Notes under the pieces: model-generated
What the model was told of the DNA's origin: nothing
What the model saw: the letters and a program-made list of their open reading frames with translations, nothing else
Database searches by the model: none
Origin: Naegleria gruberi
Taxonomy: Eukaryota
DNA length: 64,000 nucleotides
Assembly (NCBI GenBank): GCA_000004985.1
Contig: GG738884.1
Strand: one strand, 5' to 3'
Made by a program: the position numbers and the translations under genes
Shown here: piece after piece, positions 11,406-22,192 of the stretch
How positions within the stretch are numbered: the first letter of the stretch is position 1
How the letters are laid out: each line of letters opens with the position of its first letter

Positions 11406-11760
11406 CTAATTGATCTTTCTCTTCCTCAATTTCATTACATTCTCGTCATCATCTGACTCTTCTCCATAAAGAACTCCATCCTTTTCCTTATCATACACAA
11501 ACATTCCAGGCTGAACCTCAAAATAATCAATTGTCTCATCAGTTGGAACAAATATTGCTAGAATTTTCTGATCCCGAACAAGTCTCATTACAAATGGATG
11601 AGTGGCTGCTGTTTGTTGACAACACTTCTCTCCAGGATTTAGTGAAGGGTTGTTCCTTTCCATCATAATCCACCCATATCATTTGCACAGGTTCACCCAC
11701 TGTATTATGGAAAACAATTCGACAAACCTTATCCCATCGCTTAGAACGAAGAAGTTGCAT
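11406..11760 (-). CDS. Possible VHL-like beta-domain module. It may be a separate small gene or the 5' exons of the calpain-like gene.
   Basis: RIVFHNTVGEPVQMIWVDYDGKEQPF resembles the VHL beta-domain core ([24 protein letters not shown]). The next exon reads PGEKCCQQTAATHPFVMRLVRD. Two overlapping frames imply a short intron. Its relation to the downstream calpain exons is unresolved. Confidence 0.3.
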
Positions 11761-12012
11761 TTTTTTATTAGGGAAGAAAATTCTTATCTCAAGTTTATGT
11801 TGATGATGAATGATGTTGGGTGATATTGACAGAATTTACAATTAAGTATTATGCTTCTTGACTGAAACCTTGATATTTTCATAGGGAATACTTCGATTTT
11901 TGCTTCAAGTTCATGAAAGTTTTTTGGCGGTTGAATCTACTAATTAATTCTAGAAAAAAATAACATTACTCAAGGGAGGTAATAATTTTCTTGTTGATCG
12001 GAAAAAGTTGCA

Positions 12013-13664
12013 ATGACAACACTTCAGTTGAATGGAGAATGGACAGATAGATATGGCAAAATTTGGAGATCTTCACAAAGTGGTAATACTTTTAATTGGG
12101 TGGAAAATACTACAGGAAGAGTGGCGTCAGGAATTGTTGTTCCTTTGAGTGGGGGTGTTCAATGGATTGTATTTGCAACGTATGTATTAATATAGTTCCG
12201 ATCTGTATAAGTTATTTAGATTTGATGGAACAAAACATTTGAAATATTCAAGCAACAATGGAAATCAACTAATCTCCTCAGTGGACACATTTACTAAGGC
12301 TCCAAGTAATTCTTTTCCCACAGATTTTAACCAATCAATTATCAAAAATGTTCCCTTACTGACTGGGGCTATGTATCAAGATTATTGTGGAATGGTATGT
12401 TAACATAATTTGAGGATAAACAATCAATTACGAAGATTTGGAATTGTTCAAATCATGAGGGTGGTCACTTTGTTTTGAGTAATTTAACTGATGGAAGAAG
12501 CTGTGATGGATATGTAGTGTTTGATATTTACAGAAACGTATTCATTATTTATATTGTATTTGTTAGAAATGGTGTGGAAAATGTCTTCAAATCAGAAGCA
12601 ACAAACCTGAACGAAATGGATTTATCTAATGGAGACTATTTCAGAAGAGTTGGTGGAAATACACCACTTCCTCAACCAGTAGATCCGCCTCTTCTTCCAA
12701 CCACAACTCAACAATTACCTCAACCAACTCCAATTCAAATGCCACCGCAACCAACAACAAGATACTACAGAATTGGTGGTGGAAAAGATGGTGTGTCAAC
12801 ATGGACTAAATGGAATGGTTTACCTTGCCTTACAGTTGTTGAGGGTTGGGAAGTGGTTTTTGAAGTTGACCGTAAGTATCTTTATAATAACAATTTAATA
12901 TCAACAAATCCATAAGAAAATGGAAATATTTCTGGAAGCAATAGAACTGATTACAAGAATACTATGTTAACAAAATACTACAGTGGGACTTTCAAAAATA
13001 ATGTCTTTGATATATCAGCAAAATTCTCTGATGGAAGAGTAATATCATACAAGGTTTGTTGTTGTAAAGTTATGATAATTAATATGTTACTTATATTATA
13101 TTAGGGAAGCTTAACAGGTAATAAGGTTCGAGTGGATTATGTAATTCTTACTCCTGGAAATCTTCAGGGAGGCACGATAGGCGATGGTGGATTCAATGTT
13201 GGAACTTTGTTCGAAACATCAGCCCCTCCATGTCAGCCAAAAACATATACTATTAATGGAAAAACTTATTGGAAAAGATATAATGCACTTCCCAGTGTAA
13301 GTAATTTGAAATTAAGTTGCTCACAAATTTAAAGAGTAGCATTGTGGATGGTTGGATGATGAGTTTTAATGTTGACAGTAAGTTCTCTCAAAATTGAAAT
13401 GTTTATAAAATTTCATTAGAATATGGAAATATTTCTGGAAGTAATAAGAATGCTGGTCAAGCATTTACGAAAACATACAGTGGCACCTTAATTAATAATT
13501 TAATGGATGCAACTGCCAAATGGGATGATGGCAGAACTGCAACATACAAAGGCTCTATTACCAACAATACCATAAAACTTGATTTTATCATTACAGCACC
13601 TGGTACTCAACCAGGTCAATCTGGTGATTCAGGATTTAATACTGGAATAGTTACAAGTAATTAA
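12013..13664 (+). CDS. Multi-exon gene with about six short introns, encoding a protein with an internally duplicated beta-rich module of unknown function.
   Basis: Exon ORFs are separated by GTATGT/GTAAGT...(T/A)AG introns at about 12180-12200, 12397-12420, 12878-12926, 13052-13107, 13298-13329 and 13376-13422. Module A (…EGWEVVFEVD | NGNISGSN…YK | GSLTGNKVRVDYVILTPGNLQGGTIGDGGFNVGTLFE) repeats as module B (…DGWMMSFNVD | YGNISGSNKN…YKGSITNNTIKLDFIITAPGTQPGQSGDSGFNTGIV). Confidence 0.5.
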
Positions 13665-13794
13665 AAAGAATTCAATCCAAACAAATCATCCGCATATTCT
13701 CCTTGTCGTAATTATCCTATTAATAATTTTTATTATTCACCGTTTACCTGTAACTGTTAAATGACGTTTAAGATAATAATAAAAAAATAACAAG

Positions 13795-14238
13795 ATGAGC
13801 TTCTACCACAACGATCATGATGTAGACACCGAACAAGACGATCACAATCACCTCACAGGTGATGAAGTTATTTGGAGAATAATACAAAATGATCAGGAAA
13901 ATATGCATGATCATCAAAGTGGTGGTAAACCTCCAGCCTCTAAAACATTTATGAGAAATATGGAAGTTATTTGGTTTGATCCGGAAGATGCAGAAGATGC
14001 TCAATATAAGGATGAATCATGTCCTATCTGTGGAGAGGAATATAAGAAGGGAGATCAGTGCCATAAATTAGAGGACTGTAATCACTTCTTTCATATCAAG
14101 TGTTTGAAATTGTGGTTTGAAAAACATAATACTTGTCCAATGTGCAGGAAAGATGTTCTCACAGATGACCCTGAATATGAAGAACAAAAATTGGATCCTT
14201 CCAGATTGAAGGATAACATCCACAGCATGTACATGTAA
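13795..14238 (+). CDS. RING-H2 finger E3 ubiquitin-ligase-like protein.
   Basis: CPICGEEYKKGDQCHKLEDCNHFFHIKCLKLWFEKHNTCPMCR fits the C3H2C3 RING-H2 pattern. Confidence 0.75.
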   Translation: MSFYHNDHDVDTEQDDHNHLTGDEVIWRIIQNDQENMHDHQSGGKPPASKTFMRNMEVIWFDPEDAEDAQYKDESCPICGEEYKKGDQCHKLEDCNHFFHIKCLKLWFEKHNTCPMCRKDVLTDDPEYEEQKLDPSRLKDNIHSMYM

Positions 14239-14388
14239 ATATATCGGATATCACAAATTTTGTAAATAATTTAATAATTTGAACAAGTAAATTAATAGAA
14301 TATGAATTACAAACTAGTAATAAATAATAGAATTAAATTTTGATAATTAAACATTCCGATTGTTGACTAATTTCATCAACTTCACCTC

Positions 14389-16083
14389 TTGCAAAAAAAC
14401 TTATCAAAAAAAATGCTTCCAAAGAAGAGTACTACATTCTCAAAGAATGTTCAACCAATTAGTGATTTTGATGAAGAGGAGGAGGAATACTATCGAGAGG
14501 AGGAATATCAAGGACCAATAGATGAGGATGACGATGAAGAAAATAATTTTGCCTATCCCGATGATGAGGGAAAATCAAAAAAGCCTATTAAACAAAGACA
14601 ACAATCAAAGAAGAAGGCTGTCAAATTTGAGGAAGAAAAACAAAAGAAAAAACCATCAATTCCTAAAAAAACACAAAAAGCTATTTTAGTGTTTAACAAA
14701 CTTGTTGATGATGCCATTCAAAAGATTATATTTTCTATGGCTGATCAGGAATATGTATCCGATATTTATTTGGATTATGTTTGTCAATTATTACAGCCAC
14801 AACATTTTGAAGAAGTTTTGGAAGAGAGAAATGCATCTGGTTTGTGTGGTAATCCTACTTGTTCTAATGAAATTGATGATGAATTGATTGGAAGAAATCC
14901 AAAGTATTATATTGATTTCAATAGATTAGAATTGGTGGATGTTTCAAGTTTTGCAAACAGATTATTTTGCTGTGAAGTTTGTAAAAAGAAATCCTTCCAA
15001 AAGATGAATGCTTGCAGTACATCAATTCCATATACTAGAGATTGTAAAAAATTACTTTTCATGCTTTTCCCTGAAATTGGAGAAGAAAGACTGACATTTA
15101 TTTTGGATCAAGTGAAAGAATCTGTCTTGACAGATCCAAAAGCTACATTGGCTGTTAAGGTCAAAGAAAATGAAAATCCTCAATTGCCAGCAGTTGGTGC
15201 AGAAGATGAGCTTGATTGTGAAACAGATAATATTGAAGGATTCATTCCATCCTATTCAAATGATAAAATTAAGAAGGAAGTTAAAAGAATTGGATACTTC
15301 TTCGAGCCATGCAGTGACAGTGATGGGACTGGTGACGGCATTGATCCTTCTGAACTCAAATTAGAATTATTCCAAGAGTTGTGGACATTCTTCTCCAGAA
15401 TGGTTACTAAATCCACTGTCCAATACTTTAAAGATCTCAATAACCCATCTCAAGAAGCAGAAACTTCCCAAGAAGTGCTACCAAAGAAGGAAAAATCAAA
15501 GATTGACTATAGTGAGTTAAAGGTTTATGAGGATATGTACAAGGAAATGGGCATTGATATTTCAAATGATATTGAGCAATTTAGGCCAACAAATGAAGAA
15601 TTGTATAGTGAAGATGGAGGTGTCATAAGAGATGAAGTGCACATGGTTCGTTTCAGATTATTCTTGCACTCCCTTTATGAGCTTATTCCAACAATTTGTG
15701 ACTCTATTGGATATACCAATCATTCCAAACTAAGACTTCAATTCGAGAAAATTCTCTCAACATTCAACTATGAGTATGCTCTTCCATCTTTGGACCTTAA
15801 AAGATTGAAAATTATTTGTACGGTAATTGTAAAGACATTAATGCTAAAAGATGAAGAATTCAAGCAAGATTTAATTGAAATTAGCGAGAAACCTATTGAG
15901 TTTATCATTCTTGGTCAAAAACCAACTACACCAGTTCAAACCAGAAGAAAAAAGATTACAAATGAGAAAGATTCATTACTAGAGAAAAGTACAGAAAATA
16001 TCAATAATCAGTTGCTGAAAGAAGGAATCAAGGAGGTACAAATTAATCTTTTAACAGATGTTATTATATTTGGGGTTTACTAA
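14389..16083 (+). CDS. RPAP2/Rtr1-family protein (RNA polymerase II-associated, CTD phosphatase-like).
   Basis: Acidic N-terminus followed by an Rtr1-type zinc-finger signature: LCGNPTC ... FCCEVCKKK (C-G-x-P-x-C ... F-C-x-x-C). Confidence 0.55.
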   Translation: MQKNLSKKMLPKKSTTFSKNVQPISDFDEEEEEYYREEEYQGPIDEDDDEENNFAYPDDEGKSKKPIKQRQQSKKKAVKFEEEKQKKKPSIPKKTQKAILVFNKLVDDAIQKIIFSMADQEYVSDIYLDYVCQLLQPQHFEEVLEERNASGLCGNPTCSNEIDDELIGRNPKYYIDFNRLELVDVSSFANRLFCCEVCKKKSFQKMNACSTSIPYTRDCKKLLFMLFPEIGEERLTFILDQVKESVLTDPKATLAVKVKENENPQLPAVGAEDELDCETDNIEGFIPSYSNDKIKKEVKRIGYFFEPCSDSDGTGDGIDPSELKLELFQELWTFFSRMVTKSTVQYFKDLNNPSQEAETSQEVLPKKEKSKIDYSELKVYEDMYKEMGIDISNDIEQFRPTNEELYSEDGGVIRDEVHMVRFRLFLHSLYELIPTICDSIGYTNHSKLRLQFEKILSTFNYEYALPSLDLKRLKIICTVIVKTLMLKDEEFKQDLIEISEKPIEFIILGQKPTTPVQTRRKKITNEKDSLLEKSTENINNQLLKEGIKEVQINLLTDVIIFGVY

Positions 16084-16097
16084 TTTACAAAATTACA

Positions 16098-17224
16098 TTA
16101 TTGTAATAAAAGCTCAGTAGCAAGATGAACATCATTACCTGCTTGTCGTAGAGCCATTTCACAATCTTGTCTCGAAAATCCCATTTGCATTAATTGTTGA
16201 ATATTTTCTTCCGATGCATCTCCACCAGCTCTAATATTTGGTTGTTGATTTTGATTATTATTCAAATTATTCAAAACATCGTTCAATTCTTGTTCGGAAA
16301 TTCCATCTCTTTGATTGTTGTTGATATCATTATTTACACTATTATTGTTGGCATTTGTTGTATTTACAGGACTTCCTTGAATGGTTTGTTTGATTTGATC
16401 TGCCAATGCAAGTACAATCTTTGGGAATTTAATCTTTCTATCCAATTTCAAAACTCTACACAAAATGTATTGATAAATAGTTCCAGCAAGAGCTCCACTA
16501 AGAGCTGGAACTAGAGTTTGTGGGAAGCTACTCAAAATTAATTGGACAAATACTACGTAAATTGTTTGCTTGTCAGTAATTGGAATCATATTAAACAATT
16601 TCAAATTGGCTGTTGATGGAATATCAATAATATAAACCAAAAGAGCAGCAAATAAGAATCCATAAGGTCCACTAATTAACATCTTTCTACTAGTCAATGA
16701 TGACGTAAGAACATATTGCAATATGAAGGATGCATAAGTAGTAAACAAATAGAATTTCTATAATTATTATTATTAAATCAATTGATCACAATCAATCAAT
16801 AGCAATAGAACCAACATATTCATCGGAATAATGATTATTCAATCCATTATTGATTGCTTTCATTAAATATAAAACTACTTACAGCAAACTTTTGTGATCC
16901 CCAATGCCTTTCAAACAAACGGAAAAAGTAAATTGCAATACAACCCAATAACAATTCAATATTAGTTGAAAAAACAAAATGTCCAGTAAATCCATATTGT
17001 ACTATCGATCTAAAAACTGATAATTTAGGAGAAAAATCCAATCGATCCCTTCCGAGAAGAGCCTTCATAAAATTCAATATCACCACAAGTCCTAGTATAG
17101 ATTTAGAAAATGGAGCATTTGTAAATCCTGATGTTGTTCTCAGTGAATGTTGATGTTGTTGATGCAAGGCTTGGAGATTTGTTGGTCGTTGTTGATGATT
17201 ATTAGCTGCTTGTGGAGGAATCAT
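16098..17224 (-). CDS. UBAC2-like protein with a rhomboid-like polytopic membrane domain and a C-terminal UBA domain; two exons.
   Basis: Exon 1 spans 17224..16883 (minus strand) and ends ...GSQKFA. A GTAAGT donor follows, and the intron is 16758..16882 with a TTATAG acceptor. Exon 2 spans 16757..16098. Both exons carry multiple TM helices. The C-terminus has a UBA-like fold (EENIQQLMQMGFSRQDCEMALRQAGNDVHLATELLLQ). Confidence 0.65.
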
Positions 17225-17710
17225 TTTTTTCTTCTAATTGAACACGTGTATTATTAATATAATTATTAATATAATTATCAACAATACAAGAAAAAGGAGT
17301 TTTGTGTTTATTGTCCTTGTAAGACCGCTGATCGTATGGAGTTGCCTTCTTCATCTGCTTTGAGATTAAATCTTACTGATCTGTGCTCTACTACTGACCG
17401 CATGTTCTCAATTGTTATCACACCATTCATCTCATTAACCTCAAACCTTACTCAATGTAAACAACTCACAATCGGCTGCTGTTTCTTGCTGTTTGACTAT
17501 TTTTTTCCCGCTGTTCAAAACCGTTACTCATTTTAAAAATATGATTTCTCATCAAGCATTGTTCTTCTCTCCATCACAAACTAGACCGCTTTTACCATCA
17601 ATACAACAAAAGTAGTACTCCAACCACTTCAAATAGTCTTGTACTGCTGTACTCTTCTGTTATTGCATACGGAAGAGCAGTTGAAGTTGTTTTTAAAAGC
17701 AAGAAAAAAA

Positions 17711-18751
17711 ATGTCCACAACAGCAATCTTTAGGGATGCACCTAATTCATCATCAACCATGATGGAAGCATCGTTTTCATCCTCTTCATCATCAGTAGCA
17801 TCTCCATTCGCCAACTCTAGTCAGAAATTATTTTGGATATTTAAAGAAAAGGAGGAAATGATTAGAGTACGTGATAATGCTAAACTTCGGGTTCAAAAAG
17901 AAATATTGGATCTTCAAGAAAAGTATACTGATAAAAAGTTGGTTGCTGATGATCTGCTAACACCAGAAGAAGAATCTATTATTGTACAAAAATATTGTGG
18001 AATTTTGTTTGAAATTTCTACACAACTGGGTTATCCATTACACGTAAAGGCAACAGCTTTATCCTTTATGAAAAGATTTTATTTGAAACATTCTGTTATG
18101 GAATATGATATTGTATTTATGATGTTAACATGTATTTTCTTGGCAACCAAGACAGAGGAAAAGTTTGTTGCTCTTGCCAATTTTTTGGAAAAGGTGAATG
18201 AAATTGTTTCTGATGCTTCAAGCTTAACTACACAAATCATTTTCAAATATGAACTTGTATTACTTCAAGGATTAGAATTCCATTTAATGGTTTATCATCC
18301 ATATCGTTCACTTTATGCATATGTTCACGATTTACATGATGTTGGAGGTGATGCTATTTATATGGATGCTCAAACAAAAATTACAGAAATTATCAAAATG
18401 ACAGATGCAATCTTTTTATTTTCTCCTTCTGTGGTTGCTCTTGGTAGTTTGTATATGACACATCCAGATATTACAAAGAATTTTATTTCAAAAATGTTTA
18501 AAGAACAAGAGGTTCAATTAATGAATCAAATTAATCAATTGTGTGAAATGGCTGCTACACCTGTGGAAAAATCAAAAGTAAAGACAGCCGATAAGAAATT
18601 AAAGAAAATTAGAAAGTTCTTAAAACCTCAATTAGAAGAATTAGAGGAACAATACAGCAAACAAATTGCAGAAGAACAACGAGTAAGAAGAGAACAAAAG
18701 TATCAACACAGAGATAGACAACAACAAGAGGAACAAAGAAAATTTTTGTAA
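17711..18751 (+). CDS. Cyclin H, the CDK-activating-kinase cyclin.
   Basis: SQKLFWIFKEKEEMIRVRDNA and FMKRFYLKHSVMEYDIVFMMLTCIFLATKTEEKFV align with human cyclin H ([55 protein letters not shown]). The likely start is the ATG at 17711 (MSTTAIF); the track ORF begins at 17639 with a non-ATG codon. Confidence 0.8.
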   Translation: MSTTAIFRDAPNSSSTMMEASFSSSSSSVASPFANSSQKLFWIFKEKEEMIRVRDNAKLRVQKEILDLQEKYTDKKLVADDLLTPEEESIIVQKYCGILFEISTQLGYPLHVKATALSFMKRFYLKHSVMEYDIVFMMLTCIFLATKTEEKFVALANFLEKVNEIVSDASSLTTQIIFKYELVLLQGLEFHLMVYHPYRSLYAYVHDLHDVGGDAIYMDAQTKITEIIKMTDAIFLFSPSVVALGSLYMTHPDITKNFISKMFKEQEVQLMNQINQLCEMAATPVEKSKVKTADKKLKKIRKFLKPQLEELEEQYSKQIAEEQRVRREQKYQHRDRQQQEEQRKFL

Positions 18752-18790
18752 ACATTTCAACTCTTTGGTTTGGAATCAAAGAATAAAATG

Positions 18791-19696
18791 TTAACAATTA
18801 ATATCAATATCAGACAGCTGATTATTCACACATTTCAATAGCAATCTATCACCATAATATGGAGAACGTTTCAAATGATCAAACAATAGGTACTTCAATG
18901 AATAGAAAATAAGATCGTGTAAGCAATTATTTCCATGTGTAAATCCATAGAATGGACCATATAATAATTTCTTTGTTTTGTGTAGTACGAGAGAGTATTG
19001 TTCCTTCTGTGTTGGATGCTGACCTATCCATAACCAATCGTCAACATTTTTAGATTGAAGTTTGTTAATTGATGAAAAGGCCGAAATTCCAAACTCTAAT
19101 GTTGTGTTGCATCTATTTCTTGATTTTGAATATAGATTAAGAAATTGATCAAATAACTCCACTCTTTTCAATGAATTTAACAATTTCACATTAAAACGCA
19201 TTGAAGATCCACTACATGTTCCATTCTTCAAATATCCCAATTTAATCGATGCACTACTTGCTGCAAACATTATTGCAATCTTTTCTCTATCCACAAATTC
19301 TCTAATTATTTCACCAAGTTTTGAATTTTCCCAATCATGCTCAACTTGACCAGATTTCAATGTAAACAACAGCAAATCATATTCTTTTAAAATTGATCTG
19401 ATTTTCGATTCGTTTGATTGACATAGCTCAGCTAGATCAACTTTATCCAAACTTTTCAGTATAAATTGCTTGTCATTGGTTGGATAATAGCAACATTGTT
19501 CCGATTGATGAGAATATTTGACATTTCCAACATGATAGGGTGGTTGTAAGAAACACATTAGTTTCTCTTCAATGCATTTTAGGAAGTGGTCGGAGTCATG
19601 AGTTGCTGAGAAGATGATCAGGGCGTTTTTCATGCAATTAGAAGGTTGGTCACTCTTTCCTAGTGAGATTAGTTTAACTTGCTTTTGTTTCGGCAT
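18791..19696 (-). CDS. Hypothetical 301-aa protein.
   Basis: Clean ORF with a TAA stop and no recognisable motif. Confidence 0.5.
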   Translation of the reverse strand: MPKQKQVKLISLGKSDQPSNCMKNALIIFSATHDSDHFLKCIEEKLMCFLQPPYHVGNVKYSHQSEQCCYYPTNDKQFILKSLDKVDLAELCQSNESKIRSILKEYDLLLFTLKSGQVEHDWENSKLGEIIREFVDREKIAIMFAASSASIKLGYLKNGTCSGSSMRFNVKLLNSLKRVELFDQFLNLYSKSRNRCNTTLEFGISAFSSINKLQSKNVDDWLWIGQHPTQKEQYSLVLHKTKKLLYGPFYGFTHGNNCLHDLIFYSLKYLLFDHLKRSPYYGDRLLLKCVNNQLSDIDINC

Positions 19697-19875
19697 TTTT
19701 CTAATAATTTATTTCATTAAATTGTTAATAATAGTTCCAATAATTCAAATTAAATAATTAGTTAACACAACAATAAAAGTGAAAGCTGTGAAAATGGCTA
19801 TCAAACAATAACCATTTTAGTTTCCCATTCCAAATAGTCTAATTTAAACTATTTAAAAAAAAATAGACGAAACAA

Positions 19876-21732
19876 ATGCCATTCCGAAAAGACTTTCTTC
19901 GTTATACAATAGCCAAAGTTAAAACAACCTTTGATGATAAATGGAGTGAACGTCTCTTTGTCATTACGAGAGAGGAAGTACTCAACACTTCCATTTCCAT
20001 TGGAAGTCGATTAATTGGTGCTTCTTCATCATCAAGAAATTTAATGGGGGGTGGAGTTTCGAATAGTGGTAGTGGCAATAGCAGCAATAATACATATTTT
20101 GTTTATTCTGTTGAAATTTATAGATTGAAAGATGAGGCAATAATCAAGATGGCTATTGCTGATTATGAAAATCATTCCAATAATAATAATAATAATAGTA
20201 ATAATAGTAATAATAATAGTGGAATGTTGAGTCATTCTAATTCGTTTATTGGTGGAGTTTCGAATAATGGTAAATTAATTTCATCTCTTTCACCAAAAAC
20301 CAAGTCAACACTTCACAGGGATATTAAATTAATGTCAGCAAAAGAATTGACCAATAGAAACAATACTATTATATTGTTTTTTGAAAAACCAATTTATGTG
20401 AATTTTAAAACTGAAAGTGATTATGTGGATTGGTATGAATATGTTTCTAAAATTATTGGAAGTGAAGAGTCGAGTGTTAAGGAGGGAATTGGAGCAATTA
20501 TTGAGAGTATTACTGATGCTTGTGTTGTGAGTGATGCTGATGGAATAATTACTGCTTTTAATACACAGGCAGAGAAATTGTTTGGCTATTCGAAAGAGGA
20601 AGTTATTGATAAGAATGTAAATGTGGCAGTTTTAATGCCAGAAAGTTATGCCAAATACCATCAACAAATTTTAACAAGATATAACAAACATAGAAATAGA
20701 ACAATTATTGGAAAACCAAGAAATTTATTGGCCAAACATAAACTTGGACACAAAATGCCAATTATTATCAATGTTGGTGAAGTTCAAGACTCAAATCCTC
20801 AATCAAAATACAGATATATTGCCATGTTTCGTGATTCAATGTGGAGAGTTATTAATTATATGAATCAGGGAGCTAGTAGTAATGATGAGAGTTCATCAAC
20901 AAGTGATATACTTCCAAGTGTTGCAATGGATCCATCATTCCACGATACTCATAGAAGCGCAGAGAAATTAAAACTTCAAATTCAAAAGAGGACAAAGACT
21001 GAAATTTCCAAATTTGAGGAAGAAAGTTTGAGAATGGTGGAAGAATTACTTAAAATGTTACAATCAGTTTCATCGACTATTAATATTTTGGAAACAGAGA
21101 AGGAAAGACTTGATATGTTATTTTGTGAATTACAAGAGAAATCAGTTCACACTGAACAAGTACTGAAAGAAGCTCAATCAACAAGTCAAATTTATCAAAC
21201 CTATCGAAAATTGTTAGATAATTTCCTTCATTTTGACAAGATAACAGATATGGCACAGGATCAACTCTCTAGAGATTGTCTTTCTTGTTGGAAACAAATT
21301 CAAATGTTCAAGAAGGCAAGTAGAGCTTTTGATCAACAACAAAAATTCAAAAATATGGTTTCACATGCTGGAGAGATTACAAGAAGAGCTAGAACAAATT
21401 CAGTTTCATCTGACGCTAAATTGGAAAACATGTTCTCGAATATTACAAAACCAGAAATTATTTCATTAGCAGTTCAACTATTCGACAAGTTCTTAACTAA
21501 CTATGAAAAGGGAGAGGAACCAATATCCAAACATCACTCTACGAGTTATACATCTTCAGTTATTTCAGTAGTCACACCACACGTATTACCAGTCATTAAG
21601 GGAGCACTTATCAAGTGGAACAATCAGCTATCGAATAGTGGAATTGATTCGACTAGTATTTCTCCTGAGCTATTCTATTTTGTTGAGAAGGATATTCTTG
21701 ATTTTTTAAAGAATGATCCGATCAAAAACTAG
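19876..21732 (+). CDS. PAS-domain protein with a C-terminal coiled coil.
   Basis: PAS-like core (IGAIIESITDACVVSDADGIITAFNTQAEKLFGYSKEEVIDKNVNVAVLMPESYAKYHQQIL). A poly-N tract is encoded by AAT repeats at 20170-20230. The stop is TAG. Confidence 0.6.
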   Translation: MPFRKDFLRYTIAKVKTTFDDKWSERLFVITREEVLNTSISIGSRLIGASSSSRNLMGGGVSNSGSGNSSNNTYFVYSVEIYRLKDEAIIKMAIADYENHSNNNNNNSNNSNNNSGMLSHSNSFIGGVSNNGKLISSLSPKTKSTLHRDIKLMSAKELTNRNNTIILFFEKPIYVNFKTESDYVDWYEYVSKIIGSEESSVKEGIGAIIESITDACVVSDADGIITAFNTQAEKLFGYSKEEVIDKNVNVAVLMPESYAKYHQQILTRYNKHRNRTIIGKPRNLLAKHKLGHKMPIIINVGEVQDSNPQSKYRYIAMFRDSMWRVINYMNQGASSNDESSSTSDILPSVAMDPSFHDTHRSAEKLKLQIQKRTKTEISKFEEESLRMVEELLKMLQSVSSTINILETEKERLDMLFCELQEKSVHTEQVLKEAQSTSQIYQTYRKLLDNFLHFDKITDMAQDQLSRDCLSCWKQIQMFKKASRAFDQQQKFKNMVSHAGEITRRARTNSVSSDAKLENMFSNITKPEIISLAVQLFDKFLTNYEKGEEPISKHHSTSYTSSVISVVTPHVLPVIKGALIKWNNQLSNSGIDSTSISPELFYFVEKDILDFLKNDPIKN

Positions 21733-22192
21733 TAATTGATATTGTAAATTAAATAATAGTTAAGATTTTCTCTAAAGATTTCCTTGGCAAATGGGGTAGA
21801 ATTAGATCTCAATAAGCTAAATTAAATGTTGTTGTGTAACGTTGATTTGCATTGTTTCATGAAAATGAATGGCTACGGCCTGAGGTTGGAGACAACTTGG
21901 GAACCTGTGGTGCTGTAGTCTTTTATCTTAAAATTGATTTTCTTCATTTCGTTTTGTGATTGGAAATTTTCCATCAAAAAGAACTGGGGTTGTTTCACCA
22001 ATAGAACGTGCGTCGTGCCTTACTTTTTTAACAAGAAACAACAAGGAATTTGACTTGTTGTTTCAGCTTTAAGCTTTTTGGAGTGATCAATAGTATAACC
22101 AATTTCTGGCAGTGCACTTTTGCTTCATTTTTTACATCTTTTTCTGTTGAACAACACCATTATATGATTCCGTTGACAAAAAAAAACAAACC

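Noticed and set aside
11406-11470. Possible 33-nt intron (GTAATG...TTAG) joining the VHL-like exon to the downstream calpain exon.
   Set aside because: It is too short compared with the 46-nt minimum seen elsewhere in the window. Gene structure here is left unresolved.
21990-22030. CCTTACTTTTTT resembling the dictyostelid Class I RNA motif CCUUACAGCAA, with similar near-matches at 40425 and 17450.
   Set aside because: Only the CCUUAC half matches, and the expected terminal stem is not evident. It is kept only as part of the ncRNA-candidate note.
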